Shown here: positions 26,646 to 39,702 of the stretch, piece by piece
How the letters are laid out: each line of letters starts with the position of its first letter
How positions within the stretch are numbered: position 1 is the stretch's first letter
NCBI RefSeq assembly: GCF_018350175.1
Contig: NC_058368.1
Coordinates: 75,952,001 to 76,016,000, forward strand
Direction of reading: 5' to 3'
DNA: 64,000 nucleotides
Origin: Felis catus
Lineage: Eukaryota
Program-made: the position numbers and the translations under genes
The notes under the pieces: model-generated
The model's database searches: none
The model's input: only the letters and a program-made list of their open reading frames with translations
What the model was told of the DNA's origin: nothing

Positions 26646-27014
26646 GGCATGTCAGTTTTGATGTCAATGTGAGTAAGTAGTCACTATGGTGGCAGCCCCA
26701 TGGCATTTCAATTAGGAACATCCTTCCTCAGATCCCCCGGCAGGGCTTTGTCTTAAAGAAGGGCAAATACACTCTGTGTCCCATAAAGATGCAGTTATTT
26801 ACAGAAACTGAATAACTCAGTTTGAGTAGAGTGGAACAAAAGTACATTATATCAGTGGATATTATCATTTTTTAATTAAAAGATGTAGTTTTTCTTGCAC
26901 CTTATCTCTGCTCCCCTTTTCCCATTATTTGTAACAGCCTCTTGCCACCCAATTTGCTGAACTCCCAGACTTTTCTAAGGATGGAGACAAGCTCTGCTGG
27001 TGGAGGAGTGCCTC

Positions 27015-27197
27015 AAGAATGTCCTGGGGGGGTGCAGTTAGGTAAGCATCCGGCTCTTGGTTTCAGTTCGGGTCATGATCTCACGGTTCCTTCACGCCCC
27101 ACATCCAGCTCTGCGCTGATGGTGTGGAGCCTGTTTGGGATTCCCTCTCTCCTCTTTCTACCCCTCCCCCGCTCACTATCTCTCCCTCTCTCTCTCA
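27015..27197 (+). mobile_element. Diverged Can-SINE
   Basis: Body ggtcatgatctcacggttc...gagcctgtttgggattc and CT tract; tail replaced by a GAAA tract. Confidence 0.85.
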
Positions 27198-27320
27198 GAA
27201 AGAAAGAAAGAAAGGGAGGAAGGGAGAAAGAAAGAGAGAGAGAGAAAGAAAGAGAAAGGGAGAGAAAGAAAGAAATAGAGAAAAAGAGAAAGAAGGAAAG
27301 AAAGAAGGAAAGAAAGAAAG

Positions 27321-27374
<54 letters not shown>

Positions 27375-27442
27375 GAAGGAAGGGAGAAAGGGAGAAAGAG
27401 AGAGAGAGAAAGAAAGAGAGAAAGAAAGAAATAGAGAAAAAG

Positions 27443-27496
<54 letters not shown>
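27198..27496. repeat. About 300-bp complex (GAAA)n purine tract with internal duplication
   Basis: Only two pyrimidines (T at 27276 and 27432), each within the same gaaatagagaaaaagagaaagaa context. Confidence 0.95.
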
Positions 27497-27524
27497 TCCC
27501 AGACATCACAATACTCTATCTCCC

Positions 27525-27857
27525 TGGCTTAGTCAGTTTGAGCTCCTGTAACAAAAATGTCATAGATGGCATGATTTAAACAACAAAACATTATTTTTCA
27601 CATTATTTTTCACATCTCATATCTCTTGAGGCTAGAAAGTCCACGATCAAGGTGATGGCTTACTAGGTCCATGATGGAGCCCTCTTCCCAGTCTTCCCAG
27701 TCTCTTCTTACAAGAGCCCTAATCCCAGTATGGGGGCTCCGGCCTCCTAATCTAAACCTAATTGTCTCCCAAAGGCCCCTCCTCCTAATACCATCACACT
27801 GGGAATTAGGGCTTGAGCATATGAATTTTGAGGGGGCACAAATTTTGGTCCATTGCA
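27525..27857 (-). mobile_element. MaLR MLT1A-like solo LTR
   Basis: ctcccaaaggcccctcctcctaataccatcacactggg...tatgaattttgaggggg...ccattgca matches the antisense MLT1A consensus. Confidence 0.85.
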
Positions 27858-29102
27858 TTGGCCATCACGCTAATAGTCTCTCCAAGGCAATGTAACTAAA
27901 TGAAATCGAACTGCATCAAGAGCTCAAAGGCAACATCAATCCAGCTGGAAGTGACTAAAACAAGACGTCAAGCACACAGGAAAGGGTAACATGCAGGCTT
28001 TAAGGCCAAACAAAGAACAGATACCAGGAGAGGGGGCGTTGGCTTTGTTCATAAAAGGTTTAGGTATAGGTTTTCTAACACTGGGATTCACTGACCTCTT
28101 ATGGGTTGGGACTCGAGATCCTCTGGTGGTTGACTTCCCCTGGAGACGTGATGTGCCACAGCCCCAGGGCTGCTGACGAGGTACCACCCCAGCAGAGTCC
28201 CTGGGGAAGGCTTTTTATATCCAGCAGAGTAAGACTGTCTTTTCAAACATGAAGCTACCTAGGAACAGATATGTGCTTTCTGACCAGGAAAAAAAAAGTT
28301 AGAATGAGGATAAGATCACTTCTCTCTATGGTACAGATTGAAAGCCTCTGTGTCTAGGGATATAATTACAAAATAGGTATTTCTTGACTACAGACACCCT
28401 TCATTTGTTCTTTATTAGGATATATATTCCAGTGGAAAGTAACTCAAGTGATTAAGAAGGCTGTGGCACAGTAAGAACAGCAAAGATTTCGGAAGAAAAC
28501 CTAAGATGTCCCATCTCCATCTAGGTCACTCACTAGTGTGCAACCCCGTCACGTCACTGAAATTCTCCAGGACTTCACTTCCTTCACAGTAAGTAATTTG
28601 GGGAAACCATTCACGTCCACCTCCTTGCTCTACTGTGAGAATTATTTAGGAGGGTGCCAGGGAAGGCACTTTTTATTTTATAGAATGCTGTTAAAAATTG
28701 GACTGCCATTTTATTTTGACGAACTTGTGTCTGTGGAATTGCTCCCTTCCTTCGTCCACATATCATGCATCACCATACACACTCCTGTCTAATGATGTGT
28801 GTTTAATTGGTGCATATGGACTAAAAGAATGGAAAGATTTTTTTTTTTTTTCAGCTGATGCCCTCACTTCATGCTGGGAACATGAAAATACTTCAATATA
28901 CCCCCCCCCAAAAGTGTATGGTGATGGCTTTGGTATTTATAGACCACCTTTGCTTTTCACTCAGATCCTTCGCAGCAGCCTCCATTGCCAACTTGCCATC
29001 ACAAATATTATGATTACTCACCCGCAGGTGCAACCATACAGCATGACTCTCATTAAAACGGGCATTGTACATAAAAGAGAAATAACATCGAATGTGATTC
29101 TT

Positions 29103-29324
29103 TTTTTTTTTATTTTTTTTTCAACGTTTATTTATTTTTGGGACAGAGAGAGACAGAGCATGAACGGGGGAGGGGCAGAGAGAGAGGGAGACACAGAATC
29201 GGAAACAGGCTCCAGGCTCTGAGCCATCAGCCCAGAGCCCGACGTGGGGCTCGAACTCACGGACCGCGAGATCGTGACCTGGCTGAAGTCGGACGCTTAA
29301 CCGACTGCGCCACCCAGGCGCCCC
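29103..29324 (-). mobile_element. Young felid Can-SINE (SINEC_Fc type)
   Basis: Perfect TSD gaatgtgattctt at 29090-29102 and 29325-29337; long T tail. Confidence 0.96.
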
Positions 29325-29874
29325 GAATGTGATTCTTATACATTGAAATGCATATGTATGGGTCCTCTTGTCCTCCTTGGCAATTCTAACTTCTACAATA
29401 AATGTTCCCAGCTTCTCAGCTGCCCGACTTTTTGGAATGAGGAATAACATCCCCTGGTTCCTCTTGAGAATTACTTATCACAAGATTAAATCTGCACGGA
29501 GAGATTTAAATTCATCTGAAATTTTTTCTCTTCTTTGATTTGTTTGTTAAATCATGTGTTTGTTAAATCATCATTTGCGATTTCTAATTTGTGGGACTAA
29601 TTGCATCTACTTTGAATTCTGTATGAAATCATCTTCATAAAACACAGTGTAATTTACTGTATCATATTTATATGAGCTTTCTATTGCCTTTCCCTTTCTG
29701 TTTCATATATTTTTAAAATGGTGAAACAAGTTATAAAAAGAATATTTATTCCTATTCAATAACTCAATATTTATTAGACCTCGTTATTAAAATAAATTAT
29801 TAAAAATATTGAGCTACTTAAGTGAATGTTCCTCAGACAAATTATTTAGCTCACATTATCAAAAAATACATATA

Positions 29875-30070
29875 AATTTCTTGCTAATAGTTTACATAGC
29901 TCTTGCTATGAACCTGGCACTTTTCTAAGAATGTTACAAAACCTGAAAGAAACCCTATGATACAGGTACTAGTCTCATTTACATTTCATAAATGAAGAAA
30001 CTGAGACTTGGGAAGATAAGCTTAGTTGCTCAATGTTACTTCACTAGTATTTTGCAGAACCAAGAGACAA
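29875..30070 (-). mobile_element. MIR SINE
   Basis: aaccctatgatacaggtact...aatgaagaaactgagacttgg antisense MIR core. Confidence 0.75.
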
Positions 30071-30102
30071 AAGTACATAGGGCATGCTTTTATAAAATAT
30101 GT

Positions 30103-30290
30103 CCATGGCTCTCAAACTTTAACATGCGTAAGAATCACCTCAAGAACGTTTTAAAACACGGAGCTGGTTTTCTGAGTCCCATGCTCACAAATTCAGAGAT
30201 TCAAGGCGGGGCTCAAAAATTTGTGTTTCTACCAAGTTCACAGATGATACTGAAACTACCAAGGCAAGTACCACGCTCTGAGAGCCACTG
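30103..30290. mobile_element. MER5A hAT-Charlie MITE
   Basis: Terminal inverted repeats catggctctcaaa ... tctgagagccactg; internal agaatcacct and ttctaccaagttcacagatgat motifs. Confidence 0.85.
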
Positions 30291-30695
30291 AACGTCCCGA
30301 TGCGGACTCTCTTCTGAGGATACCCAGAGATACCGAGCTGTGAACCCAAATAAGTCTTACTCTTCTCACTCCGCAAACACTAAAACTAGGTTTTGTTTTA
30401 GAAGAGATCAAATTTCATCAACCAGCATATTAAATGCAATACTGATATTTAGCCTTATGTGAAAGCATCTTTTAGTAAAGACTTAGAGTCAAATGGCTTT
30501 GCGTTTCAATTCCTTTTTTGACAGCCACGACAGTATTCTACGGAGCAAATTGTGTATCTTCACTGAACTCTAATTTCCCCAATTGTAAGTGGACATATTT
30601 GCTGTACCAAGTTTTTGTGTGGTTTAACTGAGAAAATATGTGTACGGCATCTACCAGAAGAACTCAGTAGTTGCTTAGCTAGAAGTTATTTTCAT

Positions 30696-31143
30696 GGGGT
30701 GCCTGGGTGGCTCAGTCAGTTAAGCAACCAACTTAGGCTCAGGTCATGACCTAGCGGTTTGTGAGTTCAATCCCACCACCAGGCTCTGTGCTGACAGCTG
30801 GGAGCCTGGAACCTACTTTGGATTCTGTGTCTCCCTCTCTCTCTCTCTCTGCCCCTCCCCTACTCGCACTCTCTTTCTCTGTCTCTCAAAAATAAATAAA
30901 TGTTAAAAAAAAAAAAAACAAAACTGGGGCACCTGGGTGGCTCAGTGGGATAAGCATCCGACTTCAGCTCAGGTCATGATCTCATGGTTCATGAGTTCAA
31001 GCCCCCCATCAGGCTCTGTGCTGACAGCTCAAAGCCTGGAGCCTGCTTCACATTCTGTGTCTTCCTCTCTCTCCCTGTCCTTCCCCCATTCACACTCTGT
31101 CTCTCTCTCTCAATAAATAAACATTAAAAAAAATTTTTTTTAA
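30696..31143 (+). mobile_element. Two head-to-tail Can-SINEs (30696-30925, 30926-31143)
   Basis: Two complete units; TSD agaagttatttt at 30681 and 31145 flanks the pair. Confidence 0.93.
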
Positions 31144-31275
31144 AAGAAGTTATTTTTCCTTCTCAGGTTATTTTAATTCAGCAAAAACAAAATAATAATT
31201 AAGAAATCATTTAAATTCATCAATAATATGCTGTGAAGAACAGGGAGAAATAGCATAAAGAAGAAGAGGGATCAA

Positions 31276-31500
31276 GGTGTGCCTGAGTGGCTCAGTCGGT
31301 TAAGCATCCGACTTCGGCTCAGGTCATGATCTTGAGGTTTGTGAGTTTGAGCCCTGCATTGGGCTCTGTGCTGACAGTTCAGAGCCTGGAGCCTACTTAG
31401 GATTCCGTATCTCCTTCTTTCTCTGTCCCTCCTCCACTCATGCTCTGTTTCTCTCTGTCTCTTAAAAATAAATAAACATTACAAAATCTTTTTTCAAAAA
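31276..31500 (+). mobile_element. Can-SINE
   Basis: TSD ending gagggatcaag. Confidence 0.93.
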
Positions 31501-32046
31501 AAGAAGAGGAGGGATCAAGACACTGCAGTTTATATATTGACAAACTTCTTGTTTGATTCAATTGGAAATTCACTTAATTTTGCAACAAAAGTAAAAAATT
31601 GCCTGACGAGCTTTCTTACTAACAGCGTGACCGAGGTGATTAAAGACCATTCTATTCTCCTGTAAGAGTCACTTCCCAGTAGGAACTTAGTAAGCACTTT
31701 AAACTATGGAACATGCTTATAAGGAATGGGACACTAATTGTCAAAAATAAATGTCATGTCTTGACTCACTGAATTAACCTCTTTCCATATGTTGTTACAT
31801 AATGGTTTTTAGCCACACGTAAATTTAAATATTGTTTCCTTCTTTTTCCGATTTCTAAAACTTACTGCCCATCTCTATAATATATTTTATTACAAATCAG
31901 GAGGCGAGGGTGTAAGTTTCTCACTTCATCGAATCTAATGCTGGGCCAAAATAGTGTGAGGAAATAACTGCGGAATCAATGATGTGATTGGCATCCAAAC
32001 ACAACCTGGGTGACAGTATCAACTTCCAGGTACTTTCAATAATCGT

Positions 32047-32268
32047 GGGGGCGCCTGGGTGGCTTGGTCAGTTAAGCGTCCAACTTCGGCTCAGGTCATG
32101 ATCTCACGGTCAGTGAGTTCGAGCCCCACGTCGGGCTCTGTGCTGACAGCTCAGAGCCTGCAGCCTGTTTCAGATTCTGTGTCTCCCTCTCTCTCTGCCC
32201 CTCCCCTGTTCATGCTCTGTCTCTCTCTGTCTCAAAAATAAATAAACGTTAAAAAAAATTAAAAAAAT
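32047..32268 (+). mobile_element. Can-SINE
   Basis: Canonical; TSD ataatc(g/a)tg. Confidence 0.94.
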
Positions 32269-32449
32269 ATGATAATCATGAAGAACGCTGCCACATAACA
32301 ACTGATTTGAAGCATTGGTTTTCTTCCGATTCCACGTTGATACCTCTTGGCCAGTGGCCGACAGCTGGGAGAAGAGAGAAGGCACATGCAAGATCCTGTA
32401 AAATGGAAATAATAATGTCTACATAGAAGAGTTGTCTTCCAAAGAATCG

Positions 32450-32670
32450 GTGGAACTAATCTATGGTATTAGAAGGTAGGATAGTAATTATCTTTGGGAT
32501 ATGGCACAAGGGAGACTTCTGGGATAGGATGATATTCTCTTAATAACTTATTTTTATTGGCATCCTGGTTACATGGCTACATTCACTTACATTCCATAGA
32601 GATTATGGTTTATGATTTGTGCGGTTCCTGTATATATGTTAGCTTTCAATAAAATTTTACATTAAAAAAT
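32450..32670 (+). mobile_element. L1ME-like 3' end
   Basis: aactaatctatggtattagaag...tatatatgttagctttcaataaaa typical old L1 terminus. Confidence 0.75.
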
Positions 32671-35576
32671 AGAGTAAGTTCCTAAACTCAGGGTAGTGTC
32701 CCATGCTCCAATATTCCCTGTTTCTAGAACAGGTGAAGAAGAAGACTAAAATCACAAATACATGTGTATATATATATACATATATATACTCCTAAAACTT
32801 TTATTTTTGGTCTGCCATTCAAAGAGGCATTCAAAAGACAACTTTTCTTGAACGAAGTATTTTTATTTCATAGCCTGTGTAAATATACATTTCAAAAGAT
32901 TGTAAACTGATTCTTGTTTTATGGCCGCTCTTGGTTTCCGTTTCTTTATACAAGTCAAAAATCATCTCTAAATAAAAATCAGTGACCTAAATTCAGAGGC
33001 ATGATCCAGGACAAGCCCATCTAGGGCTGGAAAGATAAAAACCGCCATCTTCTAGATTTATTTATCTTGTTCCTATGCTCCGACAGCATCATTTCAGTTT
33101 TTAAAGACTTTAGAATAATTTGTTTTCTCTAAACCAATTTGTATCATGTCAAAGTGAAATTGCAGCTTTACAACCACCTGGGGGAACAAGCAATCCCTTT
33201 CCATAAATAAAAAAGTGATCTGCATAAGTATGTACTAAGATATCCCTATAGACTTTTGGAATTTTATATATGAAGGGAAGAGGTGTGAATGGAAACAATT
33301 AAAAAATCATGTGAGGCAAGTTACAACCTTCACTACACTTGCCATATCCTAATTGTCTAATAAGTTAATATCAATGCTGAGAGCAGATTTGTACAAATAT
33401 TCGTTCGGGATTAGAGCCAGCTTCTTCAGATAAACACGTATCTTCCCACTGAGCTGGATGTTCCAAAGTAGAAACTTGGAAAAAAGTTGTTCAGCGAATA
33501 CGAATAACATGGTATTCGGAAGATCCGATATATTGAATTTGCAACTTCAGAGTTATCTTGCATTATACTGCTCATCGAAGGGTACTTTTACATTAATCAG
33601 CCCTAAATGTGTTTCCTTCCTCTCTGCCCTACATTCGTATTAAGCAGACAGATAAGCAATAGATAAAGCAGGGATGAACGCCTTCCCATTGACAAGCTGT
33701 CAGAGGACATGGAAAACTCTGTCCCAGAGGAGAGGGAACAAAAAAATATATTTTTTGAAATAAATGTCTTCGTTAATCCTTTTCCAAAAACGGACGGTGT
33801 TTTAGTATTCGGGCTCACGCTTAAAGCCCGAGTCAGGTGGAAAGCTATGCTCGCAGCACCTTCAGTCTGTGAGATGTTCAGGGGCACATCCACCTCCTTT
33901 ATCCTTCCATGTTGTCAGCGAGTGCATGATGAGTAAACTGAATCACGAATTTGAACTTGGGTGTAATTATACAATCACCTTGAGCCAATGGAGCCTCAAT
34001 TAGCAATCACTGGCGTTGCGCAACACCAGCAGAGCTTTGTGAGTTTTAAATCCTTCCGCAACTGGCCACTCCCTCCAGTGCACCTTCCAGTCTCTTGAAG
34101 CTCATCACTATGTCTTATCTTTCCGGAACATTTTATCCACTTTATCACACATCACATTTGTTTTGTCCCCGGATGACACTTCTACTCGTTCTCCTAAAAT
34201 ATTCCTCTCCCTCCTCCAAAACACTGGTTATCTTCTTTCCACTGGGAAATCTCCCCAGTTAATCTTTATCCCAGCAAACACAAGAAGAAAAGGAGAGGAC
34301 TTTCTTTATGTGATTTTAAGCCCTGGAAAGTTTTCTAGAAATTTTAGCATTTAATGGTCGATGCCTTAATTCCAATTCTTTAAAAGGTGCTTTATCAATT
34401 TTGACCATTTTGACTTATTATTACAAATCATGTCTTAAATTGTATGGGCTGTTATTATGTGATAAGTTCAGCTATACAAAGAAAACAGAACATGCTTCAT
34501 GCCTTCAGGATCATCACAGCCTAAAGCAGCAACCAGATATGTGAACCACGAACTGAAATGAAAATGTTTTAAAACCGTAAGAATCAATGGGGAAGCAATG
34601 AGTGAGCAATGCCTTCTTCAAGAGTGGAGAATATATCAGGGATTTCGCAAAAGGAAAAATACTTGAACTGACTATTAGATGTCAAAGAAATGAGGCAGGA
34701 GAAGCCTTTTCTGGGCAGATAAAAAGCAGAAGCATTGAGTTGTGGGGTTGGGGGAGGCAATCTTTGTGTACAGAACTATAGCAGTTCAGAATCACTGGAG
34801 ATTTGGGGGAACACGAGAAAAACAGCATGAGCTGGAACCGGATGGCGAGAATCCTAAACACCATTGTATGTGGTTGTGCATTATCTGGTGAGCAGCGGGC
34901 AGCCCAGGAGGGTATGGCAAGAGAATGCAGATGGGACAGGAACCTTAATAGGAGGGAGGAAAAGAGAAGGGTCGTTGTCTCTTGCTTTCATCCTTGTAAG
35001 TGCTGCCATTGAGGAGTTCCCCTAGTGCGTGGGCTCAGCACGAGTTCGGGGCAATCAATCCCTCAGTTAGGAAAACTATGAGGTCTTTCACCAGAAAGCT
35101 GGTATTGGGGCTTTTGTGTTCCTGTTCTGTATAATTAAGCCTTTATCGTGACCCAAGTTATGATAAACAACTGTTCATCTCTATTCACCATGGCAGAGTT
35201 TTGTGCTTTGTCTCATTAAATTTCCCATAACGGAATCTTCCTTCTTGCCTGCAAATCTTCTCGGAGACCAGAGTAGAGTATACAGCTTGGCTGATCTCCT
35301 GCATTAAGTCATGCACTTAACCAATATTTATGGAGCATCTACTGTGTGTCAGGTCCCATTTTAGGCTCTGTCGGTAGAGCCAGGAACAAAATAAATGGAC
35401 ATCCCTGCTCTCCTGGAGTCGCCACTGTACTGGGGGAGATAGGCAGTAAACAAAATAATCAAGAAAAACATGTAAGTGAGATTGGGCTAAGTGTCCTGGA
35501 GATAAACAAATCCAGGAAGGTAGACAGAATATGTATTTGTGGAAGTGCCACTGAAAATGGGTGGTAAGGAGGGAGA

Positions 35577-35664
35577 GGGCACTTAGCTGGTTCTGTCAGA
35601 AAAGCATGTGACCCTTGATCTCCAGATTGTTTGAGCCTCGCATTGGGGGTTAAGATTACTTAAG
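35577..35664 (+). mobile_element. Short tRNA-Lys-derived carnivore SINE (tRNA region only)
   Basis: gggcacttagctggttctgtcag...cttgatctc...gagcctcgcattggggg...agattacttaa; no CT tract. Confidence 0.75.
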
Positions 35665-35856
35665 AAGGAAAGAAAAGAAAAGAAAAAAGAAAAGAAAAGA
35701 AAAGAAAAGAAAAGAAAAGAAAAGAAAAGAAAAGAAAAAAGAAGAGAGGAGAGGAGAGGAGAGGAGAGGAGAGGAGAGGAGAGGAAAGGAAAGGAAAGGA
35801 AAGGAAAGGAAAGGAAAGGAAAGGAAAGGAAAGGAAAGGAAAAAGAAAAAGAAAAG
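35665..35856. repeat. Compound pentanucleotide microsatellite (GAAAA)n(GAGAG)n(GAAAG)n
   Basis: Directly visible. Confidence 0.97.
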
Positions 35857-36873
35857 AGGTGGCAAGGAAGGTTTTACTGAGAGGATGACATTTGAATAAA
35901 GACTTGAAAAAGTCGAGAGAATATTGATGAGGATTTGTAGGCAACTTCATTCCTGGTGATGGGATTAGCCACAGCCCGAGGCGGCACAGTGAGAAGGTAT
36001 GGATGAGACACAAAGAGAGTGCAGGAGTAGCGATCAGAATGGAGAGGTACATGCCAGTCTATCTTTCTAGCTTCCTCTTGGCTATCCCCTTAGAGATTTA
36101 GCAGCTACATTCGCGGGACCTAAACTATGTCCAGAGGCATGGTGAGCTCAGAACAAAGAACATTTAAGAAGCATTCACATTTCCAAGTCCAGAAAACTCT
36201 TATCTATCCTAAAGAAAGAGGGAGGACTATGGGAAATTAGAATCCAAGGGCACATTTGAAGCCTTCTTTGTTCTTTTTAACCAATAATACCAAATTTGTT
36301 CTTGTTAAGCTTTTAATACACATAAATATTTAAAGAGTCATTGTCAATGCAAGTTGATCTGTGATTGATGGAGATGAGGAAGGTCTCCAGGTAGGAAAGT
36401 GAGAAAAAGAGGAGACCTTGGAGGTGACAGATGAGGCTGATTTTCTTGAGCTTTCTGTAGTAGTGTTCTGCCTTCTAAGCAGACTCTTTTGCATTAGAAT
36501 TATGAATACAACCTTATTTAGGAACATGCTTATTGTGTTTCCCTGGTTTGCCAAATATCTCAGAAGTTCTTTAGCAAACAGATCTGAGTTTCTCTGGCCT
36601 TTTCTAAAGGACTGGATTTTGAATTCTTCACTTAAGGTTGCAGGCTTTAAAAAAAATATTTGAGCAAATGATTGAACGGCTGAAACAGCTTCCGGGCATT
36701 AAAAAGCTCATATTTATTTTAAAATGCAGTCAACTCAAGATCTTCTGTGATGGACTTCACTGTCAATTATACTTAAATAGATTACCAAAATTCTTATAAT
36801 TTTTAACCTTCCATTTATCATAGCAAATTAAAGTATAACAGGGGAGATGATATATTCAATATTACCAGTCTTT

Positions 36874-36875
<2 letters not shown>

Positions 36876-36930
<55 letters not shown>
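36876..36930. repeat. (AT)27 perfect microsatellite
   Basis: Directly visible. Confidence 0.97.
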
Positions 36931-36931
<1 letters not shown>

Positions 36932-38887
36932 TTAGTTAATGAAATTTGGGATTCACTGGCATTATTGTATGGGCTTAATATAATAAGGTATCAGCATCCC
37001 TTCATGTACATAGAAAAAACTCTAGTGAAAATGTAGTAAGTGCCAAATTACTTTTATGCACATGTAAGTTTTTCTGAGAAAATTGAGAAAAATCTTAGAC
37101 CTGATATTATACCTTGACAAGGAAATAAATTTTTGAAATGCAAGTCTAAATCGTTAATAGTAAAAACTTGCAATTAAAAAAAATCTAACCTTTTACAAAT
37201 AATATTTTCTTAAGTTATACTTAAACCTTTGCCAAATGTCACCTAAGATTATTTTCTTATGTAATGGAAGGAAAAAAACAACAATACATAACTCACTCAA
37301 CCTCACTAAGTTCAATTTATAACCCTTTTACCTTATATCCATATCCAGAAAATGCCCACAGAAAGGTAAAAGATTTTCACGCACACCTAACGTACGCCTC
37401 GCCTCTGTTGTCACCATTGGCTCTGGTGACACTGGGGGCTCTGGTCCCCATTGAAATGTCTTTGTCACTTTGTTCAAGTATGACTGTGTAGATGTGACTA
37501 AAATATATAATGCATTCTTTTCCAAGCAATTAATTCTTTTTTCAGTTCGTGTAGGCATAGTCTATTAGGCAATTAACTGTGGTTAGCTCAATTATAGAAA
37601 ATATAATTCATCTGGTTTAGAAACTTAACTGACAAGGCGAGTGAACTTTGGCTAACCTCAGTGGGGTAGAAATGGAAAGTAACAAGACCAAAAGACCCCA
37701 TCCTACTCAAAGAGGAACCTGCATGTTAACAACCTTAGGGGTACACACATGGGTTGTGAAGTGTCTTCCATTTTAGCATAGTTTGGTTTGCAAAAATTAT
37801 TTTTAAAAATAGACAAAAAAATGTAAGGAAGTTTTTCTTTTGGAGGAAATAATATGTTACACATACTTACATTAATTATTGATTAAAAAAAATTATTGGA
37901 TGTTTACCAAAACCTCTACCCAAAGGTCATTTTGTCACTGTAAATTCTAGAATAAGGCATATTTTCTTTAATGTTTGATGAAAACATCTCACCATTCATT
38001 TTTACTTAACAGAATTCACTCCTCCAACATATTAAAGGGAAAAGCAAAATTTAATCTCTAAAACATATCACTTAATTTGTGATTTAAGACTAATATGAAA
38101 AACTCTTTGCATAAAGATCATTAAATGTCTCTCACATGACTCTTGTGAGGAAAAACTAAATTATTTTGAATTTTTTTGTAATTTTTGAGGCATAATTGTC
38201 TTTGTTATATTAGCTCAATAAAGATTAGCTTAAAATTCTATTTGTAACATTGAAAGTAAATTCATGGGAAAGAACAGCTTCGTAAAAATAACAAATATCC
38301 CAGTAGCACTTAACAGTTTATAAAATGATTTTCATAATTAGTGTATAATTTTTATAATACTCAACATCTCAAAGAATTTCAATAAATAGTCACAATGAAT
38401 ATCAAACGGGTTGGATAGAGTTTATGTCTGCAGTACTGTTTTTCTTAGATTATATTTCAGACAATTCTTACTATGTAAATAGTTGTGGTAAGTATGTGAA
38501 GAAAGAATCATAATAATGCAGCAAACCTAGGACAAGGATGGGGGTGGATATTGGTGGGAGGCGGGGGATGGGTGTTTGAAAAAAGCATAATCTGAGGATA
38601 AGATGCTTCCATATCTCCCAGGCTAACTTGCGAATTCCTCTTCAAGGTAGAGTTGTGTATTCTTTGCATCTCTATTTCCAGTACTATTCAAGGTGCTTGA
38701 CAGTCAGAATGTTAGGCAAAAAATGGGCAACTTGGTGAATTCAAATATAGTATTATCATATTAATTAAAGACCTAAAGGTGAGACCTCAAACCATGAAAC
38801 TCCTAAAAGAAAATACGGGAAGTAATCTCTTGGTCATTGTCCTTAGAGGCATATTTATGGATATACCTCCTCAAGCAAGGGAAATTA

Positions 38888-38890
38888 AAA

Positions 38891-38970
<80 letters not shown>

Positions 38971-38973
38971 AAA
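38888..38973. repeat. (GAAA)n microsatellite inside L1 ORF2 remnant
   Basis: Directly visible. Confidence 0.96.
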
Positions 38974-39442
38974 GAACTATTGGTTTATTTTTACAAAACT
39001 AATACATCAAAATAAAGCGCTTGCACAGGAAAGGAAACGATCAACAAAACAAAAAAGCAACCAGTAAATGGGAAAAGGTATTTTCACATGATACATCTGA
39101 TATCAAATATTTCCAAATGACATATCAAATGTATAAAGAACTCATACAACTCAACATGAAAAACACAATCTGATTAAAAAATGAGCACAGAACCTGAACG
39201 ACCCTTTTTCCAAAGAAGACATACAGATGGTGGCCAACAGACAGGTGAAAAGATGCTCAACATCACCACTATTAGGAAATGCAAATCAAAGCCACAATGG
39301 GACATCACCTGACACCTGTCAAAATGCTAATATAGAAAAGATAAATAACAAGTATTGGCAAGGATGTAGAGAAAAGGGAACACTTGTGCACTTGTTGGTA
39401 GGATTATAAATAGGGCAGCTGCTTTAAAAAATAGGATGGCAT

Positions 39443-39663
39443 GGGGCGCCTGGGTGGCGCAGTCGGTTAAGCGTCCGACTTCAGCCAGGTCACGATCTCG
39501 CGGTCCGTGGGTTCGAGCCCCGCGTCGGGCTCTGGGCTGATGGCTCAGAGCCTGGAGCCTGTTTCTGATTCTGTGTCTCCCTCTCTCTCTGCCCCTCGCC
39601 CGTTCATGCTCTGTCTCTCTCTGTCCCCAAAATAAATAAACGTTGAAAAAAAAATATTTAAAA
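39443..39663 (+). mobile_element. Young felid Can-SINE inserted in L1
   Basis: Perfect TSD aaaaaataggatggca. Confidence 0.96.
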
Positions 39664-39702
39664 AAAAAATAGGATGGCAGTTCCTCAAAAAATTAGAAAT
39701 AG

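Larger units (their letters stand above)
35305..36050 (-). mobile_element. L2a 3' end, interrupted by a short SINE and microsatellite
   Basis: caatatttatggagcatctactgtgtgtcagg...ccctgctctcctggag; resumes gaggatgacatttgaataaagacttgaa. Confidence 0.8.

Noticed and set aside
26942..27579. Longest ORFs (196 and 151 aa, K/E/R-rich)
   Set aside because: Translation of a SINE plus a stop-free GAAA tract; the same applies to 844-1117, 35656-36052 and 38779-39067.
28698..29222. 174-aa ORF
   Set aside because: Non-ATG start, crosses homopolymers and ends in a young SINE; no recognisable domain.
37409..37450. Twin short hairpins (TGTCACCA/TGGTGACA)
   Set aside because: 8-bp stems are expected several times by chance in this length; there is no miRNA or snoRNA-like structure. 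The same applies to gagaataa/ttattctc near 43627-43653.
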